DNA of 62,619 nucleotides, counting the filler, from Collodictyon triciliatum (Eukaryota): assembly GCA_043381765.1 (NCBI GenBank). It is 8 parts of 8 records of this genome, joined end to end, with 100 filler letters (N's around TTAATTAATTAA, not from the genome) between each part and the next. Parts side by side here need not be neighbours in the genome. Positions count along the whole stretch, not along the records: positions 57,070 to 60,517 come from JBHJMP010003045.1; positions 60,618 to 62,619 come from JBHJMP010003140.1; 6 more parts are not named here. The stretch is one strand, 5' to 3'. Position numbers and translations under genes: made by a program. Below, piece by piece: positions 58,375 through 62,619 of the stretch. Under the pieces are notes generated by a model. That model searched no databases. It was not told where the DNA came from and worked only from the letters and a program-made list of their open reading frames with translations. Within the stretch, counting starts at the first letter, position 1. Each line of letters begins with the position of its first letter.

Positions 58375-60449
58375 CTAGAGCCAGGGAATGCTGTTGGCAG
58401 ATGATGTTGAGGATTGCGATAGAGTTCTTGGAATCATCTCATCAGTACTTTTTTTGCGGTCGTTTTTTTCAACTTTTCTCTTTTCCTTGCTGCGAGTCTG
58501 TGGTCCAAGGGGTAATTAAAACATTTTGAATGTCCACTTCAAACACACAAAAAAAAAAAATCACTCAAAACAAAAATCAGATAAAAATGGTAAACTCTCA
58601 ATAGAATCCCTTTACCGATGGAATTTTGTCGCTATCGCTATCGCTTGAATCGCTCTCTGAGCGTCTCAAATTCTGGCCTGATGATTGGTGGCTGTTGCTT
58701 GCAGTCGTGCTGTGCTTCAAATACCCTTGCACTTTGGGATGAGACGAATGTGACTGTGCCTCAAAGTCACGAGGATTCGGTGAGGAAACTCGCGATGAGG
58801 CTGCGCTTTCATTACCAGCACTCGGTCCGACCCCAGAACGAGCGTTATCCAAATAATATCCATCCGAATTAGCAATTGCTATCCTATCATATTTTAGAAT
58901 TTTAGAGAAAACAACAGTTTCATGGATTGTAAGGGAGCCCCTCTTTACCAAACAGGATGATTCGTAATTTTCGATAACATAACATGTTCTTTTTGTCAAG
59001 ACAAATAAATAGAAACACTTACTTTATTCTATTTTGTAAGGTATTAACCACCTCTGTGGTTAATTCCACCTGAGATAGGTCACGGGGAAACATTCCCATG
59101 TTTCTGTTAGGTGAAAAAGAAATGGGTGGCAAGTTCGTTTGCCGATGATGAGGTATCTGGGGGCTAAATACGATGGTATATTTAAATTTCGATTGGCAAG
59201 CACAGATAGCTTCCCATTTCATATAATGCATTTGACTTGATTGGAATATGGAGAACAAGAATAAAATATTAAGATGAAGATTCCGATTGATAAGTTTCGT
59301 ACCGAGTGCTTCTGAGTGACTTAATAATGTGTTCATAATTTTGAATTTCCAGAGTGTTAGAGCATGTGTGTGCCTCAGGAAATGACATTAATGCACTTTT
59401 TAACCCTGATTCTCCGATGGGAGTCCCAGGTATTTCGATCTTTATCGTCTCAGTCTTTGGCTTCGGAAGCTTATCACTACCAGTTACGAATTTCACAAAT
59501 AAACGTTTCTCTGGAGGTGAAAGAGAGTCTATAACCTCCCATAGAGCTTTTTCCAGGATTTTGAAACTAAATAAATAGCATTGTAAGTGGTTTGGTAAGA
59601 AACAAAGCCTTTTATCGTCTTGGGAGATGGATAAAGTAAAGATAAAGTAAACAATAAAAGAAAAATAGAGAAATAAAAATAACCAAAAATTTAATCGGAA
59701 TCGTTAGGTTATACTTTTGGAACTCAGAGTCCATGACGACATGGAATATTTCTCTGACGTTGAAGTTAAGGTTCGGGTTGTTGAAATTTCTATTGATTTT
59801 TCCGAGGAGTCAGTCAATTGTTCTCAATATTGTTGTATATGCCAAATTATGTTCACTCAACGGGTCGTACAAACTTGACTCAAAATACAGACTTACACGA
59901 GAGAGAAAATAAAGATATATCGAGAGACCTTGAATCGTTGCTGCACACAATCTCTCGAAGAGTTGATGGCGATATCTCAGCTTGGTTCATGGATATAAGG
60001 TCAACAACGGAAAAGAATCCAAATCTTATTGCAGCCATTTGCCATAAAATCGATTCCGTCAGGGTCTATAATCATATGTCAGTTCGATAGGAATTAAGGG
60101 AAATGATTCACAGCTACAGAAATCAGGGAGAAATAATCTTGATATTGTTGTTTTTTATTAAAAAAAAAATGAAGGTATATGACATACCTCAACCACCAAA
60201 TATTCGATGTAATCAGACTTTGTTTTAATCTTGTCCTTTGCCTTTATTTTCTTCTCCTGATAGAGGCAAAAAAAAAATTAAAAAAAAGGAAGAAATATAT
60301 GTATTAGGAATATGTATTTTTGCGTCCATTTTTCTCTTTTTGATAGTACAAACTTTCGATCTTCGGGCATTTAGCAGAGATATGTAGGCACTGAGGTCGC
60401 ACAGAATTCCATCGAAGCTGCTGGCGCATGCCTTTTCGGTTTTATCACT
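58375..60449 (-). CDS. HECT E3 ubiquitin ligase, C-terminal part (5'-truncated; 3' end uncertain)
   Basis: LWEVIDSLSPPEKRLFVKFVTGSDKLP...FPEAHTCSNTLEIQNY (catalytic Cys); final helix RIKIAIANSDGYYLD followed by a low-complexity extension. Confidence 0.8.
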
Positions 60450-60739
60450 CTAAAAGATAAAATATTCAGAAAAGACCTTTGAAGCACCCCTTTCTCCCCC
60501 CCCCCCCCCCCCCCCCCNNNNNNNNNNNNNNNNNNNNNNNNNNNNNNNNNNNNNNNNNNNNTTAATTAATTAANNNNNNNNNNNNNNNNNNNNNNNNNNN
60601 NNNNNNNNNNNNNNNNNACTTTTATTTTAAAAAAAAAAAGAAATAAGCAAAAAAGTTTTCTTTTTTTTTATTTTTTTTTTTTTTTTTAAAAAAAAAAAAA
60701 GAAGCTAGTATGTGATAAGGAGAAAGAAGTACAACATAC

Positions 60740-61177
60740 ATCTTCGATGATAGAGAAATAAACGCGATAAGCTCGGGTGACACGCTCAACTTGTTCTTTA
60801 CTTCCGGTCAGGCCAATGAATCGAGAGGAAAAATCTGGTATTAAAATTACGCACATGATTCAGCCATTCATATATTACTTAATAAGGAGGATGTTTCTGG
60901 TGCAAATCTGTGAAGTTTACTCGACAAATTAAATATCATGACCGATAAAGGATATAAGCTTATCAGAAAAAAAAGGAATTACTATTGATTGATTGTTGAT
61001 TGATTGTTGATTGACTATAAGACAGAACCTTCCAGGTATTTTTTGACTGCAGGAACCGAGTCGCGCGTAGGGTCGACAGATATGAATAGGGCCTGTATTT
61101 GGTTCCCAATCCCAGGCATCTTATCTACAATTTTGAACTAAGTATTCTGTATATTTTGTAAGTTGAACTATCGGTAA

Positions 61178-61218
<41 letters not shown>

Positions 61219-61254
61219 AGGGATAGTAAAATAAAAAAAAAAAATAAAAAAAAA

Positions 61255-61311
<57 letters not shown>

Positions 61312-62462
61312 TGGTGGTGTTGGATATCTTAAAAGGGGTATTAATCATTCATTCAGAAAAACAAGAATTAATCGTATCAGATCTTATTAAGCACCAAGTA
61401 ATGCGATGGCATCGGCAATTTTGGACAGTTCCCGTGGGCAAATATCCGGGCAGAACGTAAATCCGAAATAGATGAGTGTATATTTGCCAAGTAAATCCTT
61501 CTCTGTAAAAGGTTTTCCGTCCTGGTTTACAAGTTCGAAAGGACCTCCAATTTCAGCTGTTCCGACTTTCCGATTCATTTTTGCTATACTCATCAACATT
61601 CATCACATGTCCAATTCATGGAAATAAAGTTATTGTTTTCTATTGTTAAAATAGCATCTTGAACGATGTTTGTAAGAATGATAATGGCCTTCTATATTGA
61701 CTCCTTAACTGCTCATATGTGATTTTGAATGAGCTATAGCCTCAATACCTTCATGCTCCAACTCTTTAATCTGCTTTGCAGTGGCAAAATAGGCGTAGGT
61801 AAGCCCTCCAATAATAGTGGCAAGGCCGAGGGATTTCCACGTTACAGGCTGGTTGTTTGAGGCGAGGTTGTAAATAAATAATACGAATAAATGAGCACAC
61901 AAATAAACAAAAACAAGCACATATAACTTGGAGAGATATATGAGTGAAAAAAGGTATGGGTAGTGATAAAAGGAATGCTTACAGATGTAGGCGGCTTTGT
62001 ACTCATAAAGCGAATACCTAGAGAGCTTGTTTGGGGATTGCGGGGCAGTTGCAATGTGGGTTTTAACTAAATATTTGATAAAAGTCTATTACAGAAGAAA
62101 AAAAGGTACATAAGAAAAGAAATGATGTAAGCTGCTTTTATAGTATTGAACAAGGTTATCTTCTTCTCATATTAAAGAAATGAATAAGTATATGGCATTC
62201 TATTCCAGAACAACTTTTAATAGTAAATAAGTAAGTAGATAAATAAATAAGTAAATGAATAAATAAATGAAAAGATGAAAGAAATTGTTCAAAAATAAAA
62301 CAAGTCACAAAGCCTATGTGATCTGCTTAGTTATTTTTTAAAGTGGAAGTATCTTTCAGTCGCGAATGCTTCTCTTACGTGACTCGGGCGCACTTGGAAG
62401 GCAAATGATCGAGTCAGCGCGGTAGTGCGGCGGCAGGCAGACAAAAGAAGCGGGCGGAACAT
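60740..62462 (-). CDS. SCO1: SCO1/SCO2 cytochrome c oxidase copper chaperone (3'-truncated by gap)
   Basis: Mitochondrial-targeting-like MFRPLLLSACRRTT, PVTWKSL + TM, IGGPFELVNQDG, YFGFTFCPDICPREL (CxxxC), FISVDPTRD, FIGLTG. Confidence 0.92.
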
Positions 62463-62556
62463 CAGAGGTAAACAGGTGGGCTGCAGACGAATATTTTATA
62501 CGGTGAACTTCGATCTTGGGCCAGCTGAGAAAAAGTGTCGGCTTCGTTTTCATGCG

Positions 62557-62597
<41 letters not shown>

Positions 62598-62619
62598 TTG
62601 TTTTGTTTTTTTTGTTTTT

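Overview
Intron-rich, AT-rich eukaryotic (protist-like) genomic DNA that reads with the standard genetic code. The window is not one locus. It is eight pieces joined by artificial 100-nt spacers (N44-TTAATTAATTAA-N44), and the first six pieces are each about 9.41 kb, so adjacency across spacers probably carries no meaning. Manual splicing recovers 13 genes: a GC-rich MIB/HERC2-repeat protein, a DOMON-cytochrome b561, an amino-acid permease, a very large Sfi1-like centrin-binding repeat protein, a CTD small phosphatase, a TTBK/CK1 kinase, a WD40-SAM-RING protein, a DBH/MOXD1-type copper monooxygenase, IFT74, an LRR-multipass membrane protein, a PH + Munc13-like protein, a monoglyceride lipase-like hydrolase, a HECT ligase and SCO1/2. 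IFT74 and SCO imply a ciliated, aerobic organism if the pieces share one source. Three observations stand out. (1) Three AT-AC minor-spliceosome (U12-type) introns have ATATCC donors and closely spaced U12-like branch points. (2) Two of these lie at the same position in an almost exact six-exon (198 aa = 6 x 33 aa) tandem duplication inside the Sfi1-like gene, which indicates minor-intron multiplication by intragenic duplication. (3) The copper monooxygenase is fused to a Frizzled-type cysteine-rich domain and a single TM anchor. All exon structures are inferred by eye without transcript data.
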